Shown here piece by piece: positions 8,780 to 18,487 of a DNA stretch of 64,000 nucleotides. Origin of the DNA: an uncultured delta proteobacterium (GTDB taxonomy: Bacteria > Desulfobacterota > Binatia > Binatales > Binataceae). The translations under genes were made by a program, and so were the position numbers. Every line of letters starts with the position of its first letter. The stretch's first letter is position 1. The notes beneath the pieces were generated by a model. It saw nothing but the letters and a program-made list of their open reading frames with translations, was not told the origin of the DNA and made no database searches. Where the stretch lies: the NCBI GenBank assembly GCA_963842085.1, contig CAWJET010000001.1, positions 1,984,001 through 2,048,000 on the forward strand, written 5' to 3'.

Positions 8780-10285
8780 ATGGTGCCGACACCTCTGCAG
8801 TCGATGCTGGGATTGGACGCGCTGCATCGCGATTTGCGCACGCTGGTCGAAAGCGTGCTGGTCCTGTTCGGTCTGCTGGGGGCGTTTGCCGTGCGGCGGC
8901 GCAGGCGGGCGGTGACCTCGACGACGTTCCTGCTGCTGTCGGGCAGCGCGCTGATCGACGCCGGCTCGCGCTTCATTCCCAACGAGTTGGTCGGCCAGAA
9001 GGTTGCGGTCGCGGCGTTGGTGCTTTTCCTGTTCGGCGTGATCCGGCTGGTGCTCGAGTTCGTCGACTCGGTGACGCGGCGCGGCAAGGTCCACTTCTCG
9101 ACCATCGGCAAGGACCTGCTGATGCTGGTGTTGTGGTTCGTGGTGCTGATGGTGGTGCTGTACACCGACTTTGGCGTGCAGCCGCTTTCGATCCTGACCA
9201 CCACGACGGTGTTCGCGGCCGTCCTCGGCTTCGCGCTGCAGGAAACGCTGGGCAATATCTTCAGCGGGCTGTCGCTCTCGATGGGGCGGCCGTTCGAGCC
9301 GGGCGACTGGATCCGCAGCGGCCAGTACCTGGGCCGGGTCAAGGGAATCGCGTGGCGTGCGACGACGATCGTGACGCGCGCCGGCGAGCGGCTCGAGGTA
9401 CCCAACTCCGTGATCGCCAAGGACGTGCTGTTCAACTACGCCACCGGCGCAGTGCGCGACGAACTAAAGATCGGCATCAGCTACGGCGTGCCGCCCAATC
9501 ACGTGCGCGAGGTCGTGCTCACCGTTCTGCGCGACGTGCCGCAAGTGCTGCGGGAGCCGCCGCCCGAGGTTCTGGCGTGGAACTATTCCGATTTCTCGAT
9601 TGAGTATCAAATCAAGTACTGGATCGCGGACTACGGGGTGCAGGAACACGTGCGCGATCGGGTCGCGTCGAGCCTGTGGTACGCGCTCCGGCGCCATTCG
9701 ATCGAGATTCCGTTCCCGATCCGCACCGTCCGTCTGCACGACGCGCGCCAGAGCGTGGAAGAGCGAGCCGACGCAGATTTCGAGCGCGAATTGATGGGCG
9801 ACCTGCGCCAGGTCGATTGGCTGCGCGGCCTTAGCGACGAAGAGCTTCGCTTACTGGTGCCGACCGTTTCGGTGCGCCAGTTTGGCGCCGGTGAGATGCT
9901 GGTGCGCGCCGGCGAACCGGGCGAGTCGATGTTCATCGTGCGGAGCGGAAAGGCCGAAGTCTTTGGTCACGCCGCCGACGGCCAGATCCGCCACATTGCC
10001 AATATTGGCCGCGGCGACGTCACCGGCGAGATGGCGCTGATGACGGGCGAACCGCGCAACGCAAGCGTGCGCGCGCTCACTGACCTGGAAGTGATCGAGA
10101 TGGATCGCGAGGGATTCATCCGCCTGTTCAAGGAGCATCCCGACGCCGCCGCCGGCATCGGCGACATTATTGCCGCGCGAAACCGCGACCGGCTGGAGAA
10201 GCTCTCATCGGGCGACGCGACGAACGGCAAGGGCGGACCGCATCGATGGCTGCTGGCCAAGATGCGCGAGCTGTTCGATTTCTGA
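8780..10285 (+). CDS. MscS-family mechanosensitive channel with C-terminal cNMP-binding domain
   Basis: GFALQETLGNIFSG...GDWI; GEMALMTGEPRNASV. Confidence 0.92.
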   Translation: MVPTPLQSMLGLDALHRDLRTLVESVLVLFGLLGAFAVRRRRRAVTSTTFLLLSGSALIDAGSRFIPNELVGQKVAVAALVLFLFGVIRLVLEFVDSVTRRGKVHFSTIGKDLLMLVLWFVVLMVVLYTDFGVQPLSILTTTTVFAAVLGFALQETLGNIFSGLSLSMGRPFEPGDWIRSGQYLGRVKGIAWRATTIVTRAGERLEVPNSVIAKDVLFNYATGAVRDELKIGISYGVPPNHVREVVLTVLRDVPQVLREPPPEVLAWNYSDFSIEYQIKYWIADYGVQEHVRDRVASSLWYALRRHSIEIPFPIRTVRLHDARQSVEERADADFERELMGDLRQVDWLRGLSDEELRLLVPTVSVRQFGAGEMLVRAGEPGESMFIVRSGKAEVFGHAADGQIRHIANIGRGDVTGEMALMTGEPRNASVRALTDLEVIEMDREGFIRLFKEHPDAAAGIGDIIAARNRDRLEKLSSGDATNGKGGPHRWLLAKMRELFDF

Positions 10286-10291
10286 GCGGCG

Positions 10292-11560
10292 CTAGGCGAT
10301 TGCGGCCAGGGCGACCTGAAGCTGGCGCAGGTTCCGCGCCGGAACGATAGCCTTCACTTCGCGCGCGTACTGCTTGATCGCACTGTCGCCGGTGCCCCAG
10401 CGCGCGGGATCTTCCGGATTCAGCCACACCACGGCGCGGCAAGAGCGCGCGATCTCGCGGACCAGGTCGGCGCGCGCCGGCAGCCGGTTGTTGCGAGCGT
10501 CGCCCATTATCACGACGAGCGTGCCGCGCGTCAGCAATCCGGTTCGGCGCGCCCAAAGCTCGCCAAGCACGCGGCCGAAATCCGAGCGCGCGTACAGGTC
10601 AAGCGCGGGCGTCATTACCAGATGGCCCTGCTCGAAGTCCGCCTCCGCCATATGGTCCACGTAGACGAAACTACTGACGCGGCGGAAGCATCCGCGCGCG
10701 CCCGCCATCAACTCGAGCATCAACTGCGCCGCGTAGCGGACCGAACCCGAGATGTCGGCGAGGATTACGAGATCGACGTGACGCGGACGGCGCGCGCGGA
10801 AATTGAGATCGACCAGCGCGCCGCCGCGCTGCAGGGCTGCGCGAATCGTGCGGCGGAAGTCGATTCTGCCGGTCGGCGCCAGCCGCAGCCGGCGTCCGAG
10901 CCGAATCCGGAAGCGGCGAATCAGGGGCGCGAGCGCGTCGCGCGCCTCGTCGTAGTCGAGGTCGGAGTATTGGTCGAAGGGCATCCGCTCGATCGCGCGG
11001 ATTCGCGCAACGCGGGCGGCGTCAATACCGGGCGTTGGCGACTCCGCGCGCGCCGCCGCGTCGCGACCCTCCTCGCGGCCGCGCGCCTTATTTGACCGGC
11101 GTTCTGCGTCTTTGTCCTCTGTGTCATGGAGGCGGGACGCCGATGCTTTCTTTGCGGGCCTCGCATCTGACGGTGGCGATTTCTCATCGCGATTGCTCGC
11201 GAGCACGCCTTCGCGAGGCTCTTCGGACTTACGCGGCGGCAAATCGTCGCGCGAAGACGGATGCTCGCCCGCGCGGCCGCGACCGGCTGCAGCGGAGAGC
11301 TGAGCGCCGCGTTGATCGGGATGCTCGCCGCGATCCGCGCGCGGCGCTGCGAAAAAACGGTTGAACGAATCGTTGAAGATCGGGCGGTCAGCCTCGTCTT
11401 TGATCAATGCCGCCGCCAGCGCCTCGTGCATCCGCGCCCGCTCGAGTCCCACCGCCGCGACCGCGTTCATCGCGTCGATCGACTCCGCCACCGAGATTCT
11501 GACGCCGGCGTCCCGCAGCGCGGCGATGAAGTTCACGAGCTGATCGCGAAGCCGGGCCAT
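10292..11560 (-). CDS. VWA (CoxE-like) domain protein
   Basis: IDFRRTIR, MIDAS-like DISGS, GDARNN, VVWLNPE. Confidence 0.88.
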   Translation of the reverse strand: MARLRDQLVNFIAALRDAGVRISVAESIDAMNAVAAVGLERARMHEALAAALIKDEADRPIFNDSFNRFFAAPRADRGEHPDQRGAQLSAAAGRGRAGEHPSSRDDLPPRKSEEPREGVLASNRDEKSPPSDARPAKKASASRLHDTEDKDAERRSNKARGREEGRDAAARAESPTPGIDAARVARIRAIERMPFDQYSDLDYDEARDALAPLIRRFRIRLGRRLRLAPTGRIDFRRTIRAALQRGGALVDLNFRARRPRHVDLVILADISGSVRYAAQLMLELMAGARGCFRRVSSFVYVDHMAEADFEQGHLVMTPALDLYARSDFGRVLGELWARRTGLLTRGTLVVIMGDARNNRLPARADLVREIARSCRAVVWLNPEDPARWGTGDSAIKQYAREVKAIVPARNLRQLQVALAAIA

Positions 11561-11577
11561 CTAACCACGTCGTGAAA

Positions 11578-12450
11578 TCATCGCCGGTGCGGGGCGAGCG
11601 ATGAGGCTTTCGACTCCACCTTGGCGCGATCGTCTTCGTGCTTGAGCAGGACGCCCAGCGCGGTGCGCACCGCGTCGGTGTCGAGTTCGCGCACGCCCAG
11701 GCGCACGAGGGCGCGCGCCCAGTCGAGAGTCTCCGCGATCGACGGCGGCTTGCGCAGTCCGAGCTTGCGAATCGCGCTGACAAAACGCGCCGCCTCGGTC
11801 GCCAGCGTCGCGTCGAGCTCGGGCACCTTGAGCTCAATGATCTTTCGCTCCTGCTCTGTCCCCGGAAAGTCGATGAACAAATGCAGGCATCGGCGGCGCA
11901 GCGCCTCCGATAGTTCGCGTGCGCGATTCGAGGTCAAAATCACGGCCGGCCGCTCGTGCGCCTTCAACGTTCCCAGTTCGGGAACGCTGACCTGGAAGTC
12001 GGACAGCAGTTCGAGCAGAAAGGCCTCGAACTCCTCGTCGGCTTTATCGACCTCGTCGATCAGCAGCACGACGCGATTGGGCGAGGTGATCGCGCGCAGC
12101 AGCGGACGCTCGAGTAAAAAATCGCGCGAGAAAATGTGCTCGCTCAGTTCCTCCCATCGCAGGCCCTCGTTCTCGCCGGCCTGCATGCGCAGGAGTTGCT
12201 TCTGGTAGTTCCATTCGTAGAGCGCGCGCGCCTCGTCGAGTCCCTCGTAACATTGCAGCCGGATGAGTTCGGTGTGGAGAATCTCGGCAAGCACTTTGGC
12301 GACTTCGGTCTTGCCCGAACCGGCGGGACCTTCTATCAGCAGCGGCTTCTCCAGCGCGAGCGCCAGGAAGATCGCGGTCTCGACGCGCTCGTTGGTGACG
12401 TAGCGCGCACGCTTGAGGCCGTCGGAGATCTGCTGGTGGGTGATTTGCAT
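11578..12450 (-). CDS. MoxR/CoxD-family AAA+ ATPase
   Basis: GPAGSGKT, LQCYEGLD, LLIDEVDKAD, ALRRRC. Confidence 0.93.
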   Translation of the reverse strand: MQITHQQISDGLKRARYVTNERVETAIFLALALEKPLLIEGPAGSGKTEVAKVLAEILHTELIRLQCYEGLDEARALYEWNYQKQLLRMQAGENEGLRWEELSEHIFSRDFLLERPLLRAITSPNRVVLLIDEVDKADEEFEAFLLELLSDFQVSVPELGTLKAHERPAVILTSNRARELSEALRRRCLHLFIDFPGTEQERKIIELKVPELDATLATEAARFVSAIRKLGLRKPPSIAETLDWARALVRLGVRELDTDAVRTALGVLLKHEDDRAKVESKASSLAPHRR

Positions 12451-12455
12451 GGCGT

Positions 12456-12884
12456 TCAGCGGCGGTTGATCTTCGGCGCGCGGCGGCGCTCGAGGAAAAT
12501 CCGCGCGCGATGCTTGAGCCCGTCGCGCTCGTCGCGCGGGGTCGCGCGCACCTCTTCGGTGTAGGCCGCCAGCTCGACGCAGAGCCGCTCGATGTCGACG
12601 CCGCCGCGCGCGGGCTTCAGGTCGTCGAGCGCGAGCATCGCCTGCGACATCAGGTTGATCGACGCCTGCCGTCCGCCGCGTTCGAAGCGCAGATGGAGCG
12701 CAGCGGCGATTTGATTGAACGCGACGATGAGCGCTTTCAGATCGTCATCGGCGGCTTGAGATGCCGTCTCGAACATCTCGGCTGCCTCGAAATACGCGCC
12801 CCGGTTGAATGCGGCGATCGCGTCGTCGATCGGCGCAGATGGGGAATCGTTTTTCACGGTTCGCGTTTCACTGTTGGAATTCAC
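12456..12884 (-). CDS. DUF309-like helical protein
   Basis: FNRGAYFEAAE...QIAAALH pattern. Confidence 0.6.
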   Translation of the reverse strand: MNSNSETRTVKNDSPSAPIDDAIAAFNRGAYFEAAEMFETASQAADDDLKALIVAFNQIAAALHLRFERGGRQASINLMSQAMLALDDLKPARGGVDIERLCVELAAYTEEVRATPRDERDGLKHRARIFLERRRAPKINRR

Positions 12885-12918
12885 AGCTTAAGAGATGGCG
12901 GACAGATTCAGGATAAGA

Positions 12919-12998
12919 GCAGAATCTTGAATCGCGCGAGGCGCGCTGGACAAGGATCCTCACCTTCGATCCTCTCCCTTACAGGGAGAGGGGAAGAA
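12919..12998. repeat. REP-like family B, about 80-bp copy
   Basis: GCAGAATC.TGAATCGCGCG...CCTCACCTTCGATCCTCTCCCT..CAGGGAGAGGGGAAGAA, repeated at 15949-16033. Confidence 0.8.
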
Positions 12999-13826
12999 CT
13001 ACAACTGCTCTTTTTCCTCGACCGCGCGATACTCCGCCTCGCCGAGCGCCTGGGCCTTGCGCGAGCCGTAGCGCTCGTAGAGGTCGAACAGGCTCGACTT
13101 GTGCGGCCGCACCTTGCCGAGCGGGCACTTCTGCCATTCGTCGAGCGACTCGTCGCAGTAGCCCATGCGATTCTCGCCGCACTTGGGCTGCAGGAACACC
13201 GCGATTTCCGGCAGCACGCGCTTGATTTCCGCGCGCATCATCGCGACCATCCGGCGGATTTCCCACTGCGCGCGCACGCACAGGCGCAGATCGCAGATGT
13301 GCAGCATCTCGGCGAAATTCACCATCACGTGGAAATTGGTGGGCGCGGCGTTGGGCAGCACGAAGCGCGCATCCTCGGCGGGGATCCCGGCCTTGAGCGC
13401 TCTCGCGTAGAGTTCGGAGGTCTTCGAAAGCAAATCCGAGAATTCACTCTCCAGCCCCGCGCGCGACCACGAATCCGGCAGCACGAACGCGAGCTTGTCC
13501 CGCTTGAATTTCACGTAGCGCTGGCTTTGCTGCTCGAAGCTGATGCCGATCCGATGGCGCACGAACTGATGCGACAGCGAGCGCGAGACGTTGGCGATCC
13601 CGAACCAGAAGACGATCTGCTCGAGCGGCGAGGCGTGGCCGGTCTTGAGCCGGTCGGTGATGAACTCGCGAATTTTTTCGTGCGTAATCTTCTCGGATTT
13701 GATTTTGTCCCAGACTTCGATTGGCGTGTCGGAGGAATAGCAGGTGCGAAACGCCGCGTAGAGTTTTTCCAGCGGCTGCTGGGCGTAGTCGATCAACTTG
13801 ACTTGCATTTTCGCCTGATTTTCCAC
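12999..13826 (-). CDS. thyX: FAD-dependent thymidylate synthase
   Basis: GHASPLE, ThyX motif RHRIGISFEQQSQRY, EDARFVLP, AQWEIR; start at GTG 13826 or ATG 13808. Confidence 0.95.
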   Translation of the reverse strand: MENQAKMQVKLIDYAQQPLEKLYAAFRTCYSSDTPIEVWDKIKSEKITHEKIREFITDRLKTGHASPLEQIVFWFGIANVSRSLSHQFVRHRIGISFEQQSQRYVKFKRDKLAFVLPDSWSRAGLESEFSDLLSKTSELYARALKAGIPAEDARFVLPNAAPTNFHVMVNFAEMLHICDLRLCVRAQWEIRRMVAMMRAEIKRVLPEIAVFLQPKCGENRMGYCDESLDEWQKCPLGKVRPHKSSLFDLYERYGSRKAQALGEAEYRAVEEKEQL

Positions 13827-13994
13827 GCGATCCTGACCTCTCCCGCAAATGGCCGCGCGCTTCACGCCGCCAGCGCCTCTCATCTTATTCCAAGCCGCCG
13901 TGCGACTGCATCAGGGGCGGCCGCTCTTAATCCACACCATGCGTTCCGATTGCGCCAGCCGTGCAGCATTGCAACATTGCCTGTCAGAGCCGTG

Positions 13995-15065
13995 ATGCCT
14001 GCTGTTTCCGCAATCGACGCCGCCTATCGGCAGTTCTTAAAGAGATACCTGTTCGGCCTCGATGCCGAGTATGCGCATCGTCTGACGTTGCGGATGCTTT
14101 CGATGATGCCGCCTTTTCCGGCGCCGCGTGAAAGGCCCGAGCTCGCAATCAAGTTGTGGGGAACCGACTTTCGCAACCCGATCGGGCTCGCCGCCGGCAT
14201 GGACAAGGACGCCGTCGCCATCCGCGGATGGGAGACGCTCGGCTTCGGCTTCGCGGAGCTGGGAACGATAACGCCGCGCCCGCAGACGGGCAATGCAACG
14301 CCGCGGGTCTGGCGCATTGCCGAACGCCGCGCGCTTATCAATCGGCTCGGGTTTCCCAGCGAAGGGATGGAGGCGGTGGCGCCGCGTATCGAGCGCATCC
14401 GCAAGGCCGGGATTTCGATTCGGCTGGGGCTGAACTTCGGGCCGAACAGCAACACTCCGCCCGAGGGGATAGCCGCCGACTACGCCGCCCTGATGCAACG
14501 GCTGGGGCCGCTGGCCGATTTCATCGTCATCAACGTGAGCTCGCCGAATACGCCGGGGCTGCGCAACTGGCAATCGCCGGAGAAAATGAGCGAGTTGTTC
14601 GCCGCGATGCGGGAAAAGGCCGGCGAGTCGCCGCGTCCGGTGCTGGTGAAAATCTCTCCCGACCTCGAACGCAACGAGCTGTTTCGAATTTGCGAAACCG
14701 CGCTCGAGCTCGACGTGGACGGCATCGTCGCGTGCAACACCACGGTTGCGCGCGAGTCCGTTGGCGTCTCGTCACCGCATCCGGGAGGACTGAGCGGTCG
14801 CCCCTTGACGATCCGCGCGCGCGAGTTGATCCGCGACATCTTTACGCACACTCGCGGAAAAATCCCGATCATCGGGGTCGGCGGAGTCGGCAGCGCCGAG
14901 GATGCGTGGCTGCACATCCGCGCCGGGGCCACGCTGGTCGAGCTTTACACCGCCCTCATCTACGAGGGCCCGGGCGTGGCGGAAAGAATCAAAGCGGGAC
15001 TGGCAGACTTGCTCCGCCGCGGTGGATTTCGTTCTATTGGTGAAGCGGTAGGAGTAGACCGGTAG
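13995..15065 (+). CDS. pyrD: Quinone-dependent dihydroorotate dehydrogenase (class 2)
   Basis: NPIGLAAGMDK, INRLGF, NVSSPNTPGLR, VKISPD, GGLSG; the true gene is the 3' part of the 851-aa ORF. Confidence 0.95.
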   Translation: MPAVSAIDAAYRQFLKRYLFGLDAEYAHRLTLRMLSMMPPFPAPRERPELAIKLWGTDFRNPIGLAAGMDKDAVAIRGWETLGFGFAELGTITPRPQTGNATPRVWRIAERRALINRLGFPSEGMEAVAPRIERIRKAGISIRLGLNFGPNSNTPPEGIAADYAALMQRLGPLADFIVINVSSPNTPGLRNWQSPEKMSELFAAMREKAGESPRPVLVKISPDLERNELFRICETALELDVDGIVACNTTVARESVGVSSPHPGGLSGRPLTIRARELIRDIFTHTRGKIPIIGVGGVGSAEDAWLHIRAGATLVELYTALIYEGPGVAERIKAGLADLLRRGGFRSIGEAVGVDR

Positions 15066-15084
15066 GGCCGCGCGCGGAGGCGAT

Positions 15085-15909
15085 TTGAATCAGGAAGAAA
15101 CACAATTGATTGTCGACGCGCGATGGCTCCGCGAGCGTCGCGACGATTCCGATCTGATCCTCATCGACACGCGGCCCGCGAAGGACTTTCACGCCGGGCA
15201 TCTGAGCGGCGCGCGGCACTTCGATCCGTTTCCGTTTCATCACACCGACACGTCCGAGCGCGGCATCGCGGAGTTCGACGCGCAGCTCCAGTGGATATTT
15301 TCGGCGCTCGGAATCACCGGCCGCGAAACCGTCGTGTTTTACGAGAACGAATCCGGAATGCGCGCGGCGCGCGGGCAGTGGGCGCTCGAATACGCGGGAC
15401 ATCCAAGGGCGCAAATGCTCGACGGCGGACTGAAGGCGGCGGGCCGTGAAGGCGAAAAGCTGGTCACGAACGTCGAGAAGTTCGCGCCTGCGGATTTTCA
15501 GCTCAGTCCGCGTGCGGAAATCCTGGCGACGTATCCGCGTCTGCTCGAGCAACTCGGGCGTCCCGGCGTGCAAATCTTCGACGTTCGCAGCGATGCGGAA
15601 TACTTCAGCGAACGCGTCCGCGCGAAACATGGCGGTGCGATTCCGGGCGCGTTCCATCAAGACTGGACCGCAGCGCTGGCCGCCGACGGGACCGTGAAAT
15701 CGCCCGCCGAGCTGCGCGCACAGTTCGAAGCGCTCGGTCTCGAGCCCGCCAACGAGATAATTCCGTACTGCCAGGGCGGCTACCGCGCCGCGCATGCGTA
15801 CCTCGCGCTCAAAATCGCCGGCTACCCGAAGGTGAGAAACTATCTCGGGTCGTGGGCGGAATGGGGCAACCGCGACGACCTGCCAATCGAGCATCCGCGG
15901 CGCAAGTAG
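15085..15909 (+). CDS. Two-domain rhodanese / sulfurtransferase
   Basis: YCQGGYRAA active site and YLGSWAEW signature. Confidence 0.93.
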   Translation: MNQEETQLIVDARWLRERRDDSDLILIDTRPAKDFHAGHLSGARHFDPFPFHHTDTSERGIAEFDAQLQWIFSALGITGRETVVFYENESGMRAARGQWALEYAGHPRAQMLDGGLKAAGREGEKLVTNVEKFAPADFQLSPRAEILATYPRLLEQLGRPGVQIFDVRSDAEYFSERVRAKHGGAIPGAFHQDWTAALAADGTVKSPAELRAQFEALGLEPANEIIPYCQGGYRAAHAYLALKIAGYPKVRNYLGSWAEWGNRDDLPIEHPRRK

Positions 15910-15948
15910 AATGCGTGCGCAACCTTAGAGCAGGCATTCGGAGGAGAG

Positions 15949-16033
15949 GCAGAATCGTGAATCGCGCGCGAAGGAGCGCGCTGCAAAAGGACCCTCACCT
16001 TCGATCCTCTCCCTGGCAGGGAGAGGGGAAGAA
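15949..16033. repeat. REP-like family B copy
   Basis: Direct copy of 12919-12998. Confidence 0.8.
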
Positions 16034-16063
16034 GCTCGGAAGCGGAAACAAGAAAATCAGCCG

Positions 16064-16681
16064 ATGCCGCCAATTTTGATTCTCACGGGGTTCGAGCCGT
16101 GGCGCGGCGAGCGGATAAATCCGTCGTGGGAAGTTGCGCGCCGATTCGACGGCGAGGTGATTGGCGGCTTGCAGATAAAGTCGGTGCGCGTGCCGGTCGG
16201 ATGCGCCAAGGCGGCGCGGCGCATTACCGGCGCGATCGTGCGCTACCGGCCACGCGCAGTGATCGGACTCGGCGAAGCGGGTGGCAGGCCGGCCGTCTCA
16301 CTGGAGAGAATCGCGATCAATCTCGCCGACGAACGCGGCGCGCTCGCCAAAAGCGGCGACCCCGGATTCACGCCCGTGATTCGCGGCGGACCCGACGCGT
16401 ACTTCTCGCGATTGCCGCTGCGCGCGATCATCCGCGAGCTCGATCGCAAAGAGATTCCCGCGAGCGTATCGCTAAGCGCCGGCGTGTACGCATGCAACGC
16501 GCTGATGTACGCGGCGCTGCATGACCTGCGGCGCAAGCCCGGCATCCCGGTGGGATTCATCCATCTGCCGTACGAGGCGCGCCAGGCGGGGCGTCATCGC
16601 AGCCTGCCCAGCATGCCACTGACGCTGATGGAGAGCGCGGTGCGCATTGCAATTGTCGAGACCGCGCGCGCGGCGAAGTGA
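16064..16681 (+). CDS. pcp: Pyroglutamyl-peptidase I
   Basis: LTGFEP...NPS, ERIAIN, SAGVYACN, GFIHLP. Confidence 0.93.
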   Translation: MPPILILTGFEPWRGERINPSWEVARRFDGEVIGGLQIKSVRVPVGCAKAARRITGAIVRYRPRAVIGLGEAGGRPAVSLERIAINLADERGALAKSGDPGFTPVIRGGPDAYFSRLPLRAIIRELDRKEIPASVSLSAGVYACNALMYAALHDLRRKPGIPVGFIHLPYEARQAGRHRSLPSMPLTLMESAVRIAIVETARAAK

Positions 16682-16691
16682 AATCCAGACG

Positions 16692-16815
16692 AGGAACTTT
16701 ATTGAATGTGAAACCCCCGGTGGGTTTCACGCTTCCTTCGGCAGGGGTGTCGCCACCGGCGCGGACCCCTGCACCCAACGGCTTTTGTCATTCAGAGCGA
16801 AGCGAAGAATCCCGG
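16692..16815. repeat. REP/MITE-like composite repeat family A
   Basis: Reverse complement of 5599-5723; lies between convergent genes. Confidence 0.85.
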
Positions 16816-16833
16816 ATCTCTTTGCTTGCCCGC

Positions 16834-17811
16834 TTACTTGATTGCGACGGCGTTGGGGGGCGAGGCGATGCCGCCCTCCAGGTTCATCGGGACCGACACC
16901 AGCATGAAATCGTAACGCTTGTCGGCGGCGCAATCCGCGGCCAGGTCCTCGAGGTTGAACTGCTCGCCGATCGGCAGGCCGAGCAGGCATAGGGTGCGGT
17001 AGTGCAGCGCGCCCTCGTTCTTGAAGTCCCACGGCCACGGCTCGACGGCGGGACAATCGGTGCCGACCGCGGCAACGCGATGATCCCAGAACCATTCGAC
17101 CATCGCGCTGCTGTCCTCGATGCCGCACGCTTTGAGCCCGTCCAGCGGCGCCATCGCGGCCTTGTCCGCCGGCGACGCGGCCAGGTACGCCTGCATCCAG
17201 CCCGTGCGAATCAGCAGGATCGTGCCCGGCTTCAGCTCGACCCCGTCGGCGACGGCGGTCTCCTTCAAATCGTCGAGGCTGTATTTTTCCGACTTGAGCG
17301 GATCGATCGTGCGGCCATGCGAGATGCGGTAGCGGAACACGTCGAGCAGCACGGCACGGCCGACAAACTTGTTGGCCCATTTGTGGATGCTAAGGCGCCC
17401 GCCTGGGCCGTCCTTGATCTCGCCGGATTTCACGCCGTTGTAGAACGCCTTGTAGCGCGGGCTGCCGACGTGCGCGAGGCCGTCCCACTGGCTGCCCTCC
17501 TGCGTGTTGTAGCTGTCGAGCGAGTCGTCGAAACCGAGCAGGCCGAAGCTCTCGAAGCTCATGATGTTGTGCTTGGCGGGACGGCGCGCGAAGAGAGGCG
17601 GGTTAGCGTAATTGATTTTAGTATCGAGCCGGAAGACGGAGCCCTTGCGCACCAGGCGCGCCGCGTCGATCACGCCTTCGGGCGTCAGGAAATTCAGGCA
17701 TCCGAGTTCGTCGTCGTCGCCGAACACGCCCCACGACGACTCTTTGGGCTTGTTTGGCTTGATCGGGAGTTCGGAGAAGCGGGGAACTTTGTTGAGATCG
17801 ATTTTTGCCAT
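16834..17811 (-). CDS. Cyclase-family (kynurenine formamidase-like) metallohydrolase
   Basis: WGVFGDDDELGCLN, SQWDGLAH, LLIRTGW, GGIASPPNAVAI. Confidence 0.88.
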   Translation of the reverse strand: MAKIDLNKVPRFSELPIKPNKPKESSWGVFGDDDELGCLNFLTPEGVIDAARLVRKGSVFRLDTKINYANPPLFARRPAKHNIMSFESFGLLGFDDSLDSYNTQEGSQWDGLAHVGSPRYKAFYNGVKSGEIKDGPGGRLSIHKWANKFVGRAVLLDVFRYRISHGRTIDPLKSEKYSLDDLKETAVADGVELKPGTILLIRTGWMQAYLAASPADKAAMAPLDGLKACGIEDSSAMVEWFWDHRVAAVGTDCPAVEPWPWDFKNEGALHYRTLCLLGLPIGEQFNLEDLAADCAADKRYDFMLVSVPMNLEGGIASPPNAVAIK

Positions 17812-17844
17812 CGCATCAGCTCCTTGGCGAAAAAGTGCGGTCCT

Positions 17845-18294
17845 TCAGGGCGTCCATTGGTAGAGCACGTCGGCTTCGCGCTCCATGTTGGTGGCGCCGT
17901 CGGTAAATTTCCTTGCGATGAAGCCGCGCGCCTCGTAAAAGCGACGCGCGGGAGCATTGCGCTGGAACGCCCAGAGCCGAAGTCCGGCGGGGCGAAGCCG
18001 CTTGGCATGCGCGAGCATCGCGTCGCCGACGCCGCGGCGCTGGTCGTCAGGCGCAACGTAAAATTGATCGACCTCGTCGTCGTGGAGCACCAGCACGGCG
18101 ACGATCCGGCCATCAATCTCGGCGACCCAGCACTCGCGCTCCGGGATCATCCGATGGATCACGAACGCGCGAATCTCCGCGTCGGTGCCGACGGTCGGCA
18201 GGTATTCGGCAGCGCCGCGCCGCGAGGCGATATACACCGTCGCTACTTCGGGCGCATCGGCGGCGGTCGCGCGTCGGAATGAAACAGCCATCAA
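17845..18294 (-). CDS. GNAT acetyltransferase
   Basis: QRRGVG motif A, NAPARRFYEARGF. Confidence 0.9.
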   Translation of the reverse strand: MMAVSFRRATAADAPEVATVYIASRRGAAEYLPTVGTDAEIRAFVIHRMIPERECWVAEIDGRIVAVLVLHDDEVDQFYVAPDDQRRGVGDAMLAHAKRLRPAGLRLWAFQRNAPARRFYEARGFIARKFTDGATNMEREADVLYQWTP

Positions 18295-18487
18295 TGTCGG
18301 TCTCCGCCCGAAAGCGGTGCGCTGTCAAGAAGCGGTGGAGCAAGCACGCCTGACTGCGAAGGCAAGCGTTGCGCGTCAGGAACAATCACGCGACCTGCTG
18401 AAACCCTTCGGGTCGAAGCTGCGTACCGTTTGTGATATTTAACTCACTGTTGTTTTTTTTGACCGGAAGGGCCGGAAAAGGGCTCGA

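Noticed and set aside
12510-13994. N-terminal extension making an 851-aa PyrD fusion
   Set aside because: It is the antisense of thyX and the DUF309-like gene; PyrD similarity starts near 13995
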